Shown here in pieces: positions 1-9,420 of a stretch of DNA of 32,000 nucleotides. Position 1 is the first letter of the stretch; each line of letters begins with the position of its first letter. The translations under genes and the position numbers were made by a program. The notes below the pieces were generated by a model. It searched no databases. It had not been told where the DNA came from and worked only from the letters and a program-made list of their open reading frames with translations. This DNA comes from Nanoarchaeum equitans Kin4-M (GTDB taxonomy: Archaea; Nanobdellota; Nanobdellia; Nanobdellales; Nanoarchaeaceae), in the NCBI GenBank assembly GCA_000008085.1, contig AE017199.1, forward strand, positions 330,001 through 362,000. The letters run 5' to 3'.

Positions 1-14
1 AAATTAAGGGAGAT

Positions 15-944
15 GTGGTAATAAAAACTGATAATGAAAGTATAATTTACAAAAGCCATTATATTAATGGAAAAAAACCTTTATATTTGGTTTTTGATTC
101 TAAGGATTTTAATACTAAAGAAAGAACCTTTTTCATAAAATCCAATTCTTATGTTCTAATAAATTATTATGACAATGAGCAACAAATTTCCTTAGTTGAA
201 AAGGTTGCAGCTGCAAAAAAGGTGGAAAGCTTTTTTTCTAAAATAGACCAAATTTTGGGATGGTTTGTATTATTAGCTATAGCATTTATAATAGTGTTAG
301 TTATATTAAGTGTTCCAATAGGGGTATTGTCTGCATTGGTTAGTTCAGCCCCGACAATTTTAAATATAATTTTAAATTTAAGTAAAAAAATTGGAAAAAT
401 AATAGCCTTTATAAAAATAGCGATTGTGATAGCCGCTTTTCTATCGCCAAACATAGCAAAACTTCTATTAGGAATTGATGATAGTTATAAAGAATTGTTT
501 AAATCTCAAACAGGACTAGTTAGCAAAATTAATAAACCTGTGATAGGAGTAACAACCCTTATTCCTAAAAAAGACGATACCAAATGGTTTTTGTATTCGG
601 TATTGCATAAATCTATACAAAACCTATTTGAAAAAAAAGACATAATTTTATCGAAATATAATATTAGTGTTTGCAAAATAAATAATTATAGTACAATATA
701 TCAAGGTAGAGATATAAAAATATATTGCAACAATGGTTGTTCATTCGAAAGCAAAACCGGTAAACCAATTAATGCCAAACTATTTATAATAGATGAAGCT
801 CCAACCAGTGAAAAAGAATACGGATTGTATCTTTCTAGGGGGAATATAGCGATTTTATTAGATCCATCTTACCCAATAGGAGAGAAAGACGTAGAAACCA
901 TCGCTCTAGAACTTATAAAGGGCTTTAAAGCAATATATTGTTAA
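15..944 (+). CDS. hypothetical membrane protein (about two TM segments)
   Basis: Complete ORF with hydrophobic segments (WFVLLAIAFIIVLVILSVPIGVLSALV; IAFIKIAIVIAAFL). No family recognised. Confidence 0.7.
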   Translation: MVIKTDNESIIYKSHYINGKKPLYLVFDSKDFNTKERTFFIKSNSYVLINYYDNEQQISLVEKVAAAKKVESFFSKIDQILGWFVLLAIAFIIVLVILSVPIGVLSALVSSAPTILNIILNLSKKIGKIIAFIKIAIVIAAFLSPNIAKLLLGIDDSYKELFKSQTGLVSKINKPVIGVTTLIPKKDDTKWFLYSVLHKSIQNLFEKKDIILSKYNISVCKINNYSTIYQGRDIKIYCNNGCSFESKTGKPINAKLFIIDEAPTSEKEYGLYLSRGNIAILLDPSYPIGEKDVETIALELIKGFKAIYC

Positions 945-965
945 AATATAACATGTTTATAACGT

Positions 966-1703
966 ATGAAACTTATAGGTACAGGTTGGAAAAGTCCTTC
1001 TTTAATAGATGTGCACAATAAAGTTACTTTTACTCTATGGCTTTGTGGGTGTAATTTGAAATGCCCTTTTTGTCATAACTGGAAAATAGCCGAAAAAATA
1101 GGGTGTGGAGAATTAGATATAAATAGATTGTTAGACGAATTAGATAGTGCTTCTTTATTAATAGATTATTTACATGTTACTGGGGGAGAACCCTTATTGC
1201 AATGGGAACCATTATTGGAATTGTTCAAAACCTCTTACGAAAATTATAATGTGGAAAACAGTTTGAATACTAATTTTACATTAACTATCCCATTAAAGAA
1301 GCATTTGGATTCGGGTTATGTTCACCATGTTGCTACCGATCTAAAAGTGCCCCCAAATGAAATGTATGGGGTAGAAAATTGGAAAGCCTTATGGGAATCC
1401 TATTTGAAAAGCCTTTCTCTAATGAAAGAATATGATATCCCCTTAGAATTAAGAATTCCTGTTTCGAGATTCCCATGGGAAGAAAAGAAACCATACATAG
1501 ACCAAGCACTTAAAGCTTTAGGAGACGCAAACTTCTATGTAATAATAAACCCATTATTGAATTACCCAGTTGTAAATCCTAGAAACAAAGAATGGTGTGA
1601 CAAGCATTGTTCTCCTCAAAAAGAAGAATTAAATATAATAAAAGACTATTTAGAGAGCCAAGGAATAAAAGTTTATCTAAAAGGGCACAGCGAATTAATA
1701 TAG
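966..1703 (+). CDS. radical SAM protein, anaerobic RNR-activating (NrdG)/PFL-activase-like
   Basis: CxxxCxxC motif in LWLCGCNLKCPFCHNWKIA plus VTGGEPLLQ. Confidence 0.8.
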   Translation: MKLIGTGWKSPSLIDVHNKVTFTLWLCGCNLKCPFCHNWKIAEKIGCGELDINRLLDELDSASLLIDYLHVTGGEPLLQWEPLLELFKTSYENYNVENSLNTNFTLTIPLKKHLDSGYVHHVATDLKVPPNEMYGVENWKALWESYLKSLSLMKEYDIPLELRIPVSRFPWEEKKPYIDQALKALGDANFYVIINPLLNYPVVNPRNKEWCDKHCSPQKEELNIIKDYLESQGIKVYLKGHSELI

Positions 1704-1758
1704 CCGGGGCAGTGGGGTCGAGAACCCCGTATGCTAGACCTGGCTACACCACGGGGGC
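1700..1758 (-). tRNA. tRNA-Glu(CUC) 5' half only (trans-split tRNA candidate)
   Basis: Reverse strand from 1758: GCCCCCG TG GTGT AGCCAGGTCTA GCAT A CGGGG TTCTCGA, then ACCCCACTGCCCCGGC TATATT. Acceptor 5' strand, D arm and anticodon arm (CUC at 1722-1720) are present. No T arm or acceptor 3' strand follows. TATA-like TTTTTAAAT about 25 nt upstream. Confidence 0.75.
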
Positions 1759-1795
1759 AGTGATAAAATTTAAACCCATTTAAAAACATTAACTA

Positions 1796-2881
1796 ATGAT
1801 AGCTTTCATTAGCGATTTGCATTTGGGCAATATTTACGCTAATAAAAAAGAGACTGAAGAGCATAGCTATAATGCTTTGGCAAAAATCGAAGAAAAGCTA
1901 TTAGAATACCAACCAGATTTAGTTTTGGTTGGAGGGGATATATTCGATAAAAACAAAGTCTCTGGAAAAGAGATTGGGGTATTCATAGATTTTATTAATA
2001 AAATGAATAAAAACAACATCGGAGTAGTAAGTATTAGCGGTAACCACGATGGCAAATATTGGTTAAAAGAATCATTCGATCACGCTATTCCCTATATTTT
2101 ATACAAAAGCGGAATTAACCCAGAGAATGGTTATGAATATTACTCTTTTGCTGGAATTTATTTAAAAAATTCGAGGGATTGGAAAACCCTTTCAATGATA
2201 GAGGATAAATATGATATCTCTATAGTAGGGTTTTCTTTTTATACCAAAGACCGTTTACCAGAATTGTATGAGTATTTGTCTATAATTGATAGGGAAAAAA
2301 GCGATTATATTTTACTAATGCACCAATCTCTCAAAAGTTTATTACCCCAAGATCCAGCAGCGATAGATTTAACCATTGAGAATTACAAATACGCTTTATT
2401 TGGGCATATGCATATGAAGTACTATAAGGATAAAATAATAGTAACACCCCCACCATATTCTATTTCGTTAAAAGAGGCCAATACTGAAAAAGGCTTTTGG
2501 TTAATAGATAAAAAACCCGTTTTTGTTCCTATAGAGGATAGTAGGCCTTTTATTAAAATGGCTATTGATTTAGATAACCCAATAGAGATAAAGCCAAACA
2601 AAAATGCCATTTTAATTTTAGATGTCTATTATAGAGAATCTCAAATAGACAAACTAAATCTATTGAAGAAAACCTTATCGGAAAACTTTTTGTATGTTAA
2701 AATAAACCCAATATTGAAAGAGACTAGCAAAATTATTGTTAAAAAGAGTGAAAACAAGGAAGAAATATTTAAGAAATATCTAAAAGAAGATTATGATTTC
2801 TTTATGGAATTATATGAAAAATTTAGAGACATAAAAGATCCAGAAACTATTGTTCAATACCTCGAATTTTTCTATCGATGA
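1796..2881 (+). CDS. mre11: Mre11/SbcD-like DNA repair exonuclease (metallophosphoesterase)
   Basis: Motifs ISDLHLG, GGDIFD, SGNHDG, FGHMH. Confidence 0.85.
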   Translation: MIAFISDLHLGNIYANKKETEEHSYNALAKIEEKLLEYQPDLVLVGGDIFDKNKVSGKEIGVFIDFINKMNKNNIGVVSISGNHDGKYWLKESFDHAIPYILYKSGINPENGYEYYSFAGIYLKNSRDWKTLSMIEDKYDISIVGFSFYTKDRLPELYEYLSIIDREKSDYILLMHQSLKSLLPQDPAAIDLTIENYKYALFGHMHMKYYKDKIIVTPPPYSISLKEANTEKGFWLIDKKPVFVPIEDSRPFIKMAIDLDNPIEIKPNKNAILILDVYYRESQIDKLNLLKKTLSENFLYVKINPILKETSKIIVKKSENKEEIFKKYLKEDYDFFMELYEKFRDIKDPETIVQYLEFFYR

Positions 2882-3830
2882 CATTTTTATTAGATTGTAA
2901 CAAAACTACTCTCGAATCTACATGTTCATCAACCAAATCGTAATCTATATATTCGCTTAATTTTTTAGCGAATTCTTTTACTTCTTCATGTGTAGGCATG
3001 TTTTTTATTGTTAGTCTTTGTCTCGAATAACCCAATAACATAAACGCTTTTACTTCAACAAAATGGGGATTATACTTTTCTATTAAAGAGGCCCAACCCT
3101 CAAAATCTGTATCATTTATACCTTTAATTAATGTTATCCTCGCTACTTTTCTTGTTTTAGCGTGCCTCATTAGTTTTAAGCTTTTATTGAACCTCTTCCA
3201 TGCATCATTTAACAATGGTTTAGATACTTGGAAAAACAATTCTTCATTTGGAGCAGTAAAAGATATATAGAATTGAGTAGGCAATGCATTTTTTTCTATT
3301 AATTTTTCTATAGTTTCATAAACTACCCCATTTGTAACTATAAATATACTCTTAAGCCAGTGCCAGCTCTTTTTTAGATACAATATAGCTTCGTCCATCC
3401 TACCATATAATAATGGTTCTCCAATTAATGAAAATGTAACATGGTTTGGCAACAACGCTTCTTCTAACATTTTTTTATCCACTTTTTCATTACCTTTAAA
3501 ACCTATTAATAGCTCTGCTCTTAGCTTTCTTAGATTTTCTAACAAATCTTTTGGATCGGGCCAATCTTCATTAAGCAAATCTATATGCCCTTTTTGAAAT
3601 TCGTGATTTGGCCTCCAACAATAGATACATCTATTAGTACACCAAAATGCTGCTAAAGATATTTGCATACATCTATGTGTGTCTATTCCATAGAATTTGT
3701 TTTTGTAGCAAAATCTTTTGTTTTTCAAAGCTTCTTTAGTCCAATGGCATATTTCTACTGCTCCAGTTTTGTAAACTCTATAACCCGCTTTTTCATACAT
3801 TTCTTTTATTTTTTCATCAACATATAACAC
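2847..3830 (-). CDS. taw1: tRNA 4-demethylwyosine synthase (radical SAM, TYW1/Taw1)
   Basis: AFWCTNRCIYCWRPN cluster motif and TYW1-like order. GTG start at 3830 chosen because it lies about 25 nt after a TATA box; the ORF-track start at 3932 overlaps trmJ. Confidence 0.85.
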   Translation of the reverse strand: MLYVDEKIKEMYEKAGYRVYKTGAVEICHWTKEALKNKRFCYKNKFYGIDTHRCMQISLAAFWCTNRCIYCWRPNHEFQKGHIDLLNEDWPDPKDLLENLRKLRAELLIGFKGNEKVDKKMLEEALLPNHVTFSLIGEPLLYGRMDEAILYLKKSWHWLKSIFIVTNGVVYETIEKLIEKNALPTQFYISFTAPNEELFFQVSKPLLNDAWKRFNKSLKLMRHAKTRKVARITLIKGINDTDFEGWASLIEKYNPHFVEVKAFMLLGYSRQRLTIKNMPTHEEVKEFAKKLSEYIDYDLVDEHVDSRVVLLQSNKNVIDRKIRGIEQ

Positions 3831-3833
3831 CTG

Positions 3834-3862
3834 TTTTAAATGGAGTACCCATTTATAAATAA
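3834..3862. promoter_or_regulatory. interleaved divergent promoters for taw1 and trmJ
   Basis: TTTTAAAT (about 3834-3841) is about 24 nt upstream of trmJ ATG 3862. Palindromic ATTTATAAAT (about 3849-3858) is about 24 nt upstream of taw1 GTG 3830. Both would give leaderless mRNAs. Confidence 0.55.
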
Positions 3863-4560
3863 TGCGCGTAATAGTATTCTTCGTAGAGCCTGAGAAAGTT
3901 GATAACATAGGAGCAATGGCAAGGGTTTGCAAAAACTTTAATGCAGATTTATATTTAATTAACCCAAAAGTAGATAACTACGAAAAAGCCTTTGTTGTAG
4001 CAAAGCATGCCCAAGATTTATTGCAAAAAGCGATAGAGAATAAGCTAAATAGTATAGATGAAGCAAAAGAATTAGTTGATATAAGTGTGGGCACTACAGG
4101 AAAAATAGCTAACGAATACAATGTATTAAGAAGCCCTTTAAAACCATGGGAATTAGCAGAGAGGTTTGCCAATAGCGATATAAAACTTGGTATATTTATT
4201 GGAAGAGAAAGCATAGGTTTAACTAATGAAGAGCTATCAAAAATGGATTTTATTGTTACTATTCCTGCGAATAAAGAATATCCAATACTAAATGCTACCC
4301 ATGCTACAGCAATAATTTTATATGAATTATTCAAACATTCAAAAGAAGGGCATGTTAATTTAGCTTTACCAAAAAAAGAACAAATCGATGTTTTATTAGA
4401 TTATGTGAAGAAAATAATTGATAAACTGCCTCAACCAGATTATAGAAAGGAATATTATTTTATAATAATGAGAAAACTTATTACGCAAGGCATAATAAAT
4501 AGCAGGGAAGCCAATACATTAATTGGGTTTTTTAGATCTATATATGAAAATCTCAAATGA
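3862..4560 (+). CDS. trmJ: SPOUT tRNA 2'-O-methyltransferase TrmJ-like
   Basis: VEPEKVDNIGAMARVCKNF, LGIFIGRESIGLTNEE, ILNATHATAIILYE. Confidence 0.85.
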   Translation: MRVIVFFVEPEKVDNIGAMARVCKNFNADLYLINPKVDNYEKAFVVAKHAQDLLQKAIENKLNSIDEAKELVDISVGTTGKIANEYNVLRSPLKPWELAERFANSDIKLGIFIGRESIGLTNEELSKMDFIVTIPANKEYPILNATHATAIILYELFKHSKEGHVNLALPKKEQIDVLLDYVKKIIDKLPQPDYRKEYYFIIMRKLITQGIINSREANTLIGFFRSIYENLK

Positions 4561-4606
4561 AGATATTGTGTGCTTCTGAACTAATGATGAAAGGAGCAGG
4601 AACAGA
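4557..4606 (+). ncRNA. C/D-box guide sRNA (variant C/D pair)
   Basis: C ATGAAGA 4557-4563; 12-nt guide TATTGTGTGCTT; D' CTGA 4576-4579; 4-nt spacer; C' ATGATGA 4584-4590; 12-nt guide AAGGAGCAGGAA; D CAGA 4603-4606. Guide 2 is complementary to the archaeal 16S motif CCUGCUCCUU. Confidence 0.8.
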
Positions 4607-4634
4607 TTATTAAATAGTATATAATTTTTCCCTA

Positions 4635-4991
4635 ATGAAAGCAGCAGTAGCGTGTTACGAAAGCAATGGTGTGTATAAGCTATTCCCAACAGAGTTTGGC
4701 CATGCCCCCATATTTGTAATAGTAGACCTCGATACAAAACAAATAGTAGAAAAAAGGGAAAACCCCTATAAGGGAGAAGAATCCAAAGATAAATTCAAAA
4801 AATTAGCCGAATATTTGAAAGATGTGGATTATTTTGTAGGCAAACAATTTGGTACATCTGTTTTGAAATTAAGGCCAATGTTTAACAAAATCCCCGTAGT
4901 AGTTAATGCCGAAACCTTAGAAGAAGCAATAGAAAAACTATCTAATTCGAAAGATAAGCTAAATTTAGACAGCTATGTTATTTTGTTGTAG
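4635..4991 (+). CDS. dinitrogenase Fe-Mo cofactor biosynthesis (NifX/MTH1175-like) family protein
   Basis: Small protein with MKAAVACY...GHAPIFVIVDLDTKQIVEKRENP...SVLKLRP pattern. Confidence 0.6.
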   Translation: MKAAVACYESNGVYKLFPTEFGHAPIFVIVDLDTKQIVEKRENPYKGEESKDKFKKLAEYLKDVDYFVGKQFGTSVLKLRPMFNKIPVVVNAETLEEAIEKLSNSKDKLNLDSYVILL

Positions 4992-5330
4992 TTTGGCCAA
5001 TTCCTCTTTTAATTCGTCTTTTATTTTATCAATATCATTTTTAAGTTTTTCAGCCTCTATTTTCAAAGAATCCAATTGTTTTGCCATCTTTTCTATGGCT
5101 TTGTCTTTGTCTATTTCTACATAATACTTAGCTCCAACTGGGACAATAACTTTGTTCGTTTCTTTTGCTTCCCCTTTGATTAGCAAACCATTAAATAATA
5201 TTAAGCCATTCCCATCTCTTAGCTCTTTTAAATATTCTATAGCTAATTCCAATTCCGCTACTCTATTTAGTATTACTTCATATTCCTTTGTAAGCTCTTC
5301 AAAGAGCAAATACTTTTCTCTTAGATCCAT
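4965..5330 (-). CDS. pfdA: prefoldin alpha subunit
   Basis: Coiled coils flanking VPVGAKYYVEIDKDKAIEKM. Confidence 0.8.
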   Translation of the reverse strand: MDLREKYLLFEELTKEYEVILNRVAELELAIEYLKELRDGNGLILFNGLLIKGEAKETNKVIVPVGAKYYVEIDKDKAIEKMAKQLDSLKIEAEKLKNDIDKIKDELKEELAKLQQNNIAV

Positions 5331-5387
5331 TAAGAGAATAAGCCTTTTCTTTTATAAATGGATTTTTGTCTATAATCTATCCATGGC

Positions 5388-7457
5388 ATAGAGCCAAGAG
5401 AATACCAAAAAAGAATATTCGAGACCGCTAAAAACTATAATACATTAATAGTATTGCCAACAGGTTTAGGGAAAACAGTAATAGCGTTAATGCTAATAGA
5501 GTATTTCAAACAAAAATACCCGGATAAAAAGATATTGTTTTTAGCTCCTACAAAACCTTTGGTTAATCAACATGTGGAATTTTTAAGAAAATATAGCGAT
5601 ATAGATCCAACAAAAATAGTTGGTATAAGTGGGGACATACCAAAAGAAAAAAGGGTAAAACTTTATAATGCCGATGTTATAGTTGCAACTCCCCAAACCA
5701 TAAAAAATGATTTGGCCAATAACTTAATAGATTTGAACAAATTCTCTTTAATTATATTTGATGAAGCGCATAGGGCTGTGGGTAACTATTCTTACACATA
5801 TATAGCTCGCAATTTCAATAATAGAATTGTAGGCCTAACCGCTTCCCCTGGGAGCGATGAAGAGAAAATAAAAGAAATAATAGAAAACTTAAAAATAGAG
5901 AGAATAGAATATAGAAACGAAGATTCCTCAGATGTTAGACCTTATGTAAAGAAAAAGGTTATAAAATATATCGGGGTAGCATTAGACAAAGAAATACTTA
6001 CAGCTTCTTCTCTTATACAAGAGGCGATAGAGATAAGGAAGAAAAAATTGGAAGAGCTTGGCATATTAAAGAGAAAAATAAAGGATATTGCTTTATTAAT
6101 GGAAGAGCTAAAGAAGAAACAAGCTTATAGCTTAGATGAAAGGGTAAAAGATGCTATAATTATTGGTTCTGAAATTTTAATTTTATTCCATGCTTTGAAA
6201 ACATTGCAAACCCAAACATATAGAGCATTTCTTAAATTTTGTGAAAACCTCTTCGAAAATGCCCAGAAATTAAGTGAAAAAAATGTTGCCGAAGATGTAA
6301 GGCTAAAAAAAGCATATTTGTATGTTAAAGATTTAGTTAAACAAGGCAAAGAACATCCAAAAATTAATGCTTTGTTAGAGATAATAAAAAAGAATAAAGA
6401 CAAAAAAATTATAGTTTTTGCCCAGCTTACAGATACGGTAATGCAGATAACTGAATTATTGAACAAAAATAACATAAAAGCTGTAGCGTTTACTGGTAAA
6501 AAGCTTATGACTCAAAAAAAGCAAATAGAGACTTTAGACAAATTTAGGGCTAATATATATAATGTTTTGGTTGCTTCTTCTGTTGCAGAAGAAGGGTTAG
6601 ATATACCGAAGGTGGATTTAGTAATATTTTATGAACCTATTCCCTCTGCAATTAGGGCCATACAAAGAAAAGGTAGAACCGGCAGGTTAAACTACGGTGA
6701 AGTAATAATATTGTATTCTAAAAATACTTTAGATGAAAAAGCTCTTTGGGCCTCTATTAGAAAAGAAAAAAAGATGTATGAAATATTGGAAAAACTTTCT
6801 AAAGAGGTTAAACCAAAAAAAGAGCAAACTTTAAACGAAGTATTGGGATTTAGATATAAAATTATTGCTGACCAAAGAGAACAAAATTCTTTAGTAGTAG
6901 ATGCGTTAAAAAAATTAGGTATAGGGGTTAAAATTGAGAATTTAGAGGTTGGCGATTATATAGTTGGCGATGTAGTAATAGAAAGAAAAACTATTAGGGA
7001 TTTCGTTGATTCTATAATAGATAATAGGATATGGGATCAAATGAATAAATTATCGCAATTAGATAAAAAACTTTTAATATTGGAAGGAGAAGAAGACCCA
7101 TATTTTATTAGAGATGTTAACCCCAATGTTATAAGGAGTGTTATATTAACTTTATCCTTAAAAGGGATACCAATAATAAGAACTAAAAACCCTATTGATA
7201 CAGCTTATTACATTAAAGTTTTGTCTGAAAAACAAAATAAACTGCCACAAATACCTAAAATAAAGAAAAAAGAACTAACTCCTAAAGAGGTTTTAGCTTC
7301 TTTTCCTGGTATTGGTGAAAAGAGTGCCGAAGAGCTATTAAAAAGATACAAAACTATAAAAAATGTTGTTAATGCTTCTTTATCGGGTTTATCTATTATT
7401 TTGGGGGAAAAGCGTGCTAAGAAGCTTAAAGAATTTTTAGAGAAAGAATATCAGTAG
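5388..7457 (+). CDS. hef: Hef: SF2 helicase plus XPF/ERCC4 nuclease plus HhH
   Basis: LPTGLGKT, DEAH, QRKGRTGR; C-terminal ERK nuclease motif VVIERKTIRDFVDS; HhH SFPGIGEKSAEELL. Conserved frame (IEPREYQKRIFETAKNYNTLIVLPTG) extends upstream of the track start 5454 with no ATG/GTG/TTG; in-frame stop at 5373-5375. 5388 (ATA) is a tentative start. Confidence 0.9.
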   Translation: MEPREYQKRIFETAKNYNTLIVLPTGLGKTVIALMLIEYFKQKYPDKKILFLAPTKPLVNQHVEFLRKYSDIDPTKIVGISGDIPKEKRVKLYNADVIVATPQTIKNDLANNLIDLNKFSLIIFDEAHRAVGNYSYTYIARNFNNRIVGLTASPGSDEEKIKEIIENLKIERIEYRNEDSSDVRPYVKKKVIKYIGVALDKEILTASSLIQEAIEIRKKKLEELGILKRKIKDIALLMEELKKKQAYSLDERVKDAIIIGSEILILFHALKTLQTQTYRAFLKFCENLFENAQKLSEKNVAEDVRLKKAYLYVKDLVKQGKEHPKINALLEIIKKNKDKKIIVFAQLTDTVMQITELLNKNNIKAVAFTGKKLMTQKKQIETLDKFRANIYNVLVASSVAEEGLDIPKVDLVIFYEPIPSAIRAIQRKGRTGRLNYGEVIILYSKNTLDEKALWASIRKEKKMYEILEKLSKEVKPKKEQTLNEVLGFRYKIIADQREQNSLVVDALKKLGIGVKIENLEVGDYIVGDVVIERKTIRDFVDSIIDNRIWDQMNKLSQLDKKLLILEGEEDPYFIRDVNPNVIRSVILTLSLKGIPIIRTKNPIDTAYYIKVLSEKQNKLPQIPKIKKKELTPKEVLASFPGIGEKSAEELLKRYKTIKNVVNASLSGLSIILGEKRAKKLKEFLEKEYQ

Positions 7458-7500
7458 TGCCCATCACTCTTCATCTCTCTGGGTAGCCGTATGTCATCAT
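7451..7500 (-). ncRNA. C/D-box guide sRNA, D' guide complementary to the 16S rRNA 3' region
   Basis: Reverse strand: C ATGATGA (7500-7494), guide CATACGGCTACC, D' CAGA (7481-7478), GAG spacer, C' ATGAAGA (7474-7468), guide GTGATGGGCACTA, D CTGA (7454-7451). The guide's reverse complement GGUAGCCGUA matches the conserved archaeal 16S AAGGUAGCCGUAGGGG. Confidence 0.85.
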
Positions 7501-8192
7501 TTGTTTATTATAGAGCCTTCTGTATAGCCAGAGAACTTTATAAAGAATGGTTGTACTCTTACATTCGATAGCTTCTTCAAAGCATCGAATACTGCAAATA
7601 CATGGTTCATTTTAGTTTTGGTCTTACCGAAAGATCTAACCCAAACATCTTTTATTCCGGCCAATCTAAATATTTTCTTTATCTCATCGTCTGCAACTAT
7701 TCCTACTCCCTTTGGAGCTGGTTTTAATATAACTCTAACACTTCCGGATTTGCCCTCAACTTGGTATGGAATAGAATGGGGAGCCCCACAAGCACATTCC
7801 CAAGAACCACAACCTCTCGCAACTTTTATTATATTTAGTTTAGCTCTATTAATAGCTTTTTCTCTAGCTATCAATAAATCGGAGCTTCTTCCTAATCCAA
7901 CTCCAACATGGCCATCTTTGTCTCCTACTATGGCAATAACTTCGTATCTCGTTTTATTACCTTCAGCAGTTTTCTTTTGTGCCATTCTATATGGTTTTTT
8001 AGACCTAAACTTACCTCTTATTATACGCCATTTCATAAATTCAACCTCTAAATTTGGTAACAATACATCAACTATCTCTGGTTCTCTAATAACATATTTA
8101 TTAGATAATATCTCATCTATATTTGTTATTTTACCCTCTTTGACTAACCTGCCTAACTTGGTTTTAGGTTGCCATTCCTCTATATTAACCAT
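7497..8192 (-). CDS. rps5: 30S ribosomal protein uS5
   Basis: VGDKDGHVGVGLGRSSD, CGSWECACG, VILKPAPKGVG. Confidence 0.97.
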   Translation of the reverse strand: MVNIEEWQPKTKLGRLVKEGKITNIDEILSNKYVIREPEIVDVLLPNLEVEFMKWRIIRGKFRSKKPYRMAQKKTAEGNKTRYEVIAIVGDKDGHVGVGLGRSSDLLIAREKAINRAKLNIIKVARGCGSWECACGAPHSIPYQVEGKSGSVRVILKPAPKGVGIVADDEIKKIFRLAGIKDVWVRSFGKTKTKMNHVFAVFDALKKLSNVRVQPFFIKFSGYTEGSIINK

Positions 8193-8222
8193 TGGAGAAA
8201 AAACAATAATTTATTTAAAACC

Positions 8223-9353
8223 TTATCTAGTGATTTGCAAGTTTTTCAATTCTTCTAAATATTTGTTACCTTTTCCTTCTAAGAAATATTTTCTAGCAGG
8301 CTCTAATATTTCTATTAGCTTTTCTGCTACATACTCTTTTAAATCTAATGGATGTATTTGCTTTTTAGCATACGCTTCTTTTAATTGTTCGACATTATCA
8401 AATTCCATTGTTTGATGGGTTTTTTTGTTTTCTATTACTATGGGCTCTTTTAATATTGGATATATAACATATTCGACCAATTCTATTATTGGGTTTAGCT
8501 CTATTTCCCCTATGGGGCAATAAGCCTTTCTAATTTTTCTCCTTATATCTTCGGGAGTATCATGAATAAATATTGCAGTCTCGGGTTTAGATTTAGACAT
8601 TTTGATATCTATAACACTGTCCTCAAATAATTCCCTATTGTTTGTTTTCTTAGCCTCTAATAGTTTTTGTCTAATATTCTCATCTATATGCATTCCTAAT
8701 AATAAATGATGGTGTACAGCTATGGGCTTATAACCAAAAGCATCTGAAACCTCTATGGCTATAACATGGGCCTTCCTTTGGTCTATTCCCCCATGGGCTA
8801 AATTAACATTTAAGCTATATATATCTGCAACTTGCATAGGCACATATAATAATTGGGCGAAACTTATTGATTCTCCTTGCTTTCTTCCCATAATAGTTAT
8901 GCCCTTTTTAATTCTATTTAATGTTGTGTTCATAGAGATTTTTATTATGTTTTCTAGATATTCTATACCCAATTTCTCATACAATTCAGAGCCTAAGACT
9001 ACTTTTACTTCGTCTGGGTCTCCTCCTACAGTTTTAAGCGAAACCTTTAATGCTTCAGCGAAATAACCTTTCGCGACTTTTCTTATTGTTTCTAAATCCC
9101 CGCCTAACTTTTTATTAATCCATGAATGGTAATCCGCTAAAAATAAAGTAGTTTTAACTTTGGCTTTTTGAAAATCTCTAACTTTTAGCATAGAAATTAT
9201 TCCTGTGCCTAAATGCACAAAACCAGAGATTTCAAAACCAATGTAATGGTTTAAATCTATTCCTTGTTCTAAATATTGCTTTAACCTATCGATAGTAAGA
9301 ATTTCTTCTGTGGGCTTTTGTGCGATGAGGTTTATTCTTTCTTCTATATCCAT
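8223..9353 (-). CDS. tyrS: tyrosyl-tRNA synthetase
   Basis: Class I synthetase; [27 protein letters not shown]. Confidence 0.92.
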
Positions 9354-9420
9354 TATTTTAAAGCGAATCCCTAATTTAAAAGCCTTTAAATTCTTTATAT
9401 ATTATTCTATGGCAAGGGAC

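Noticed and set aside
7618-8415. 265-aa plus-strand ORF antisense to rps5/tyrS
   Set aside because: Low-complexity Ser/Pro-rich product opposite a clear uS5 gene; an antisense artefact.
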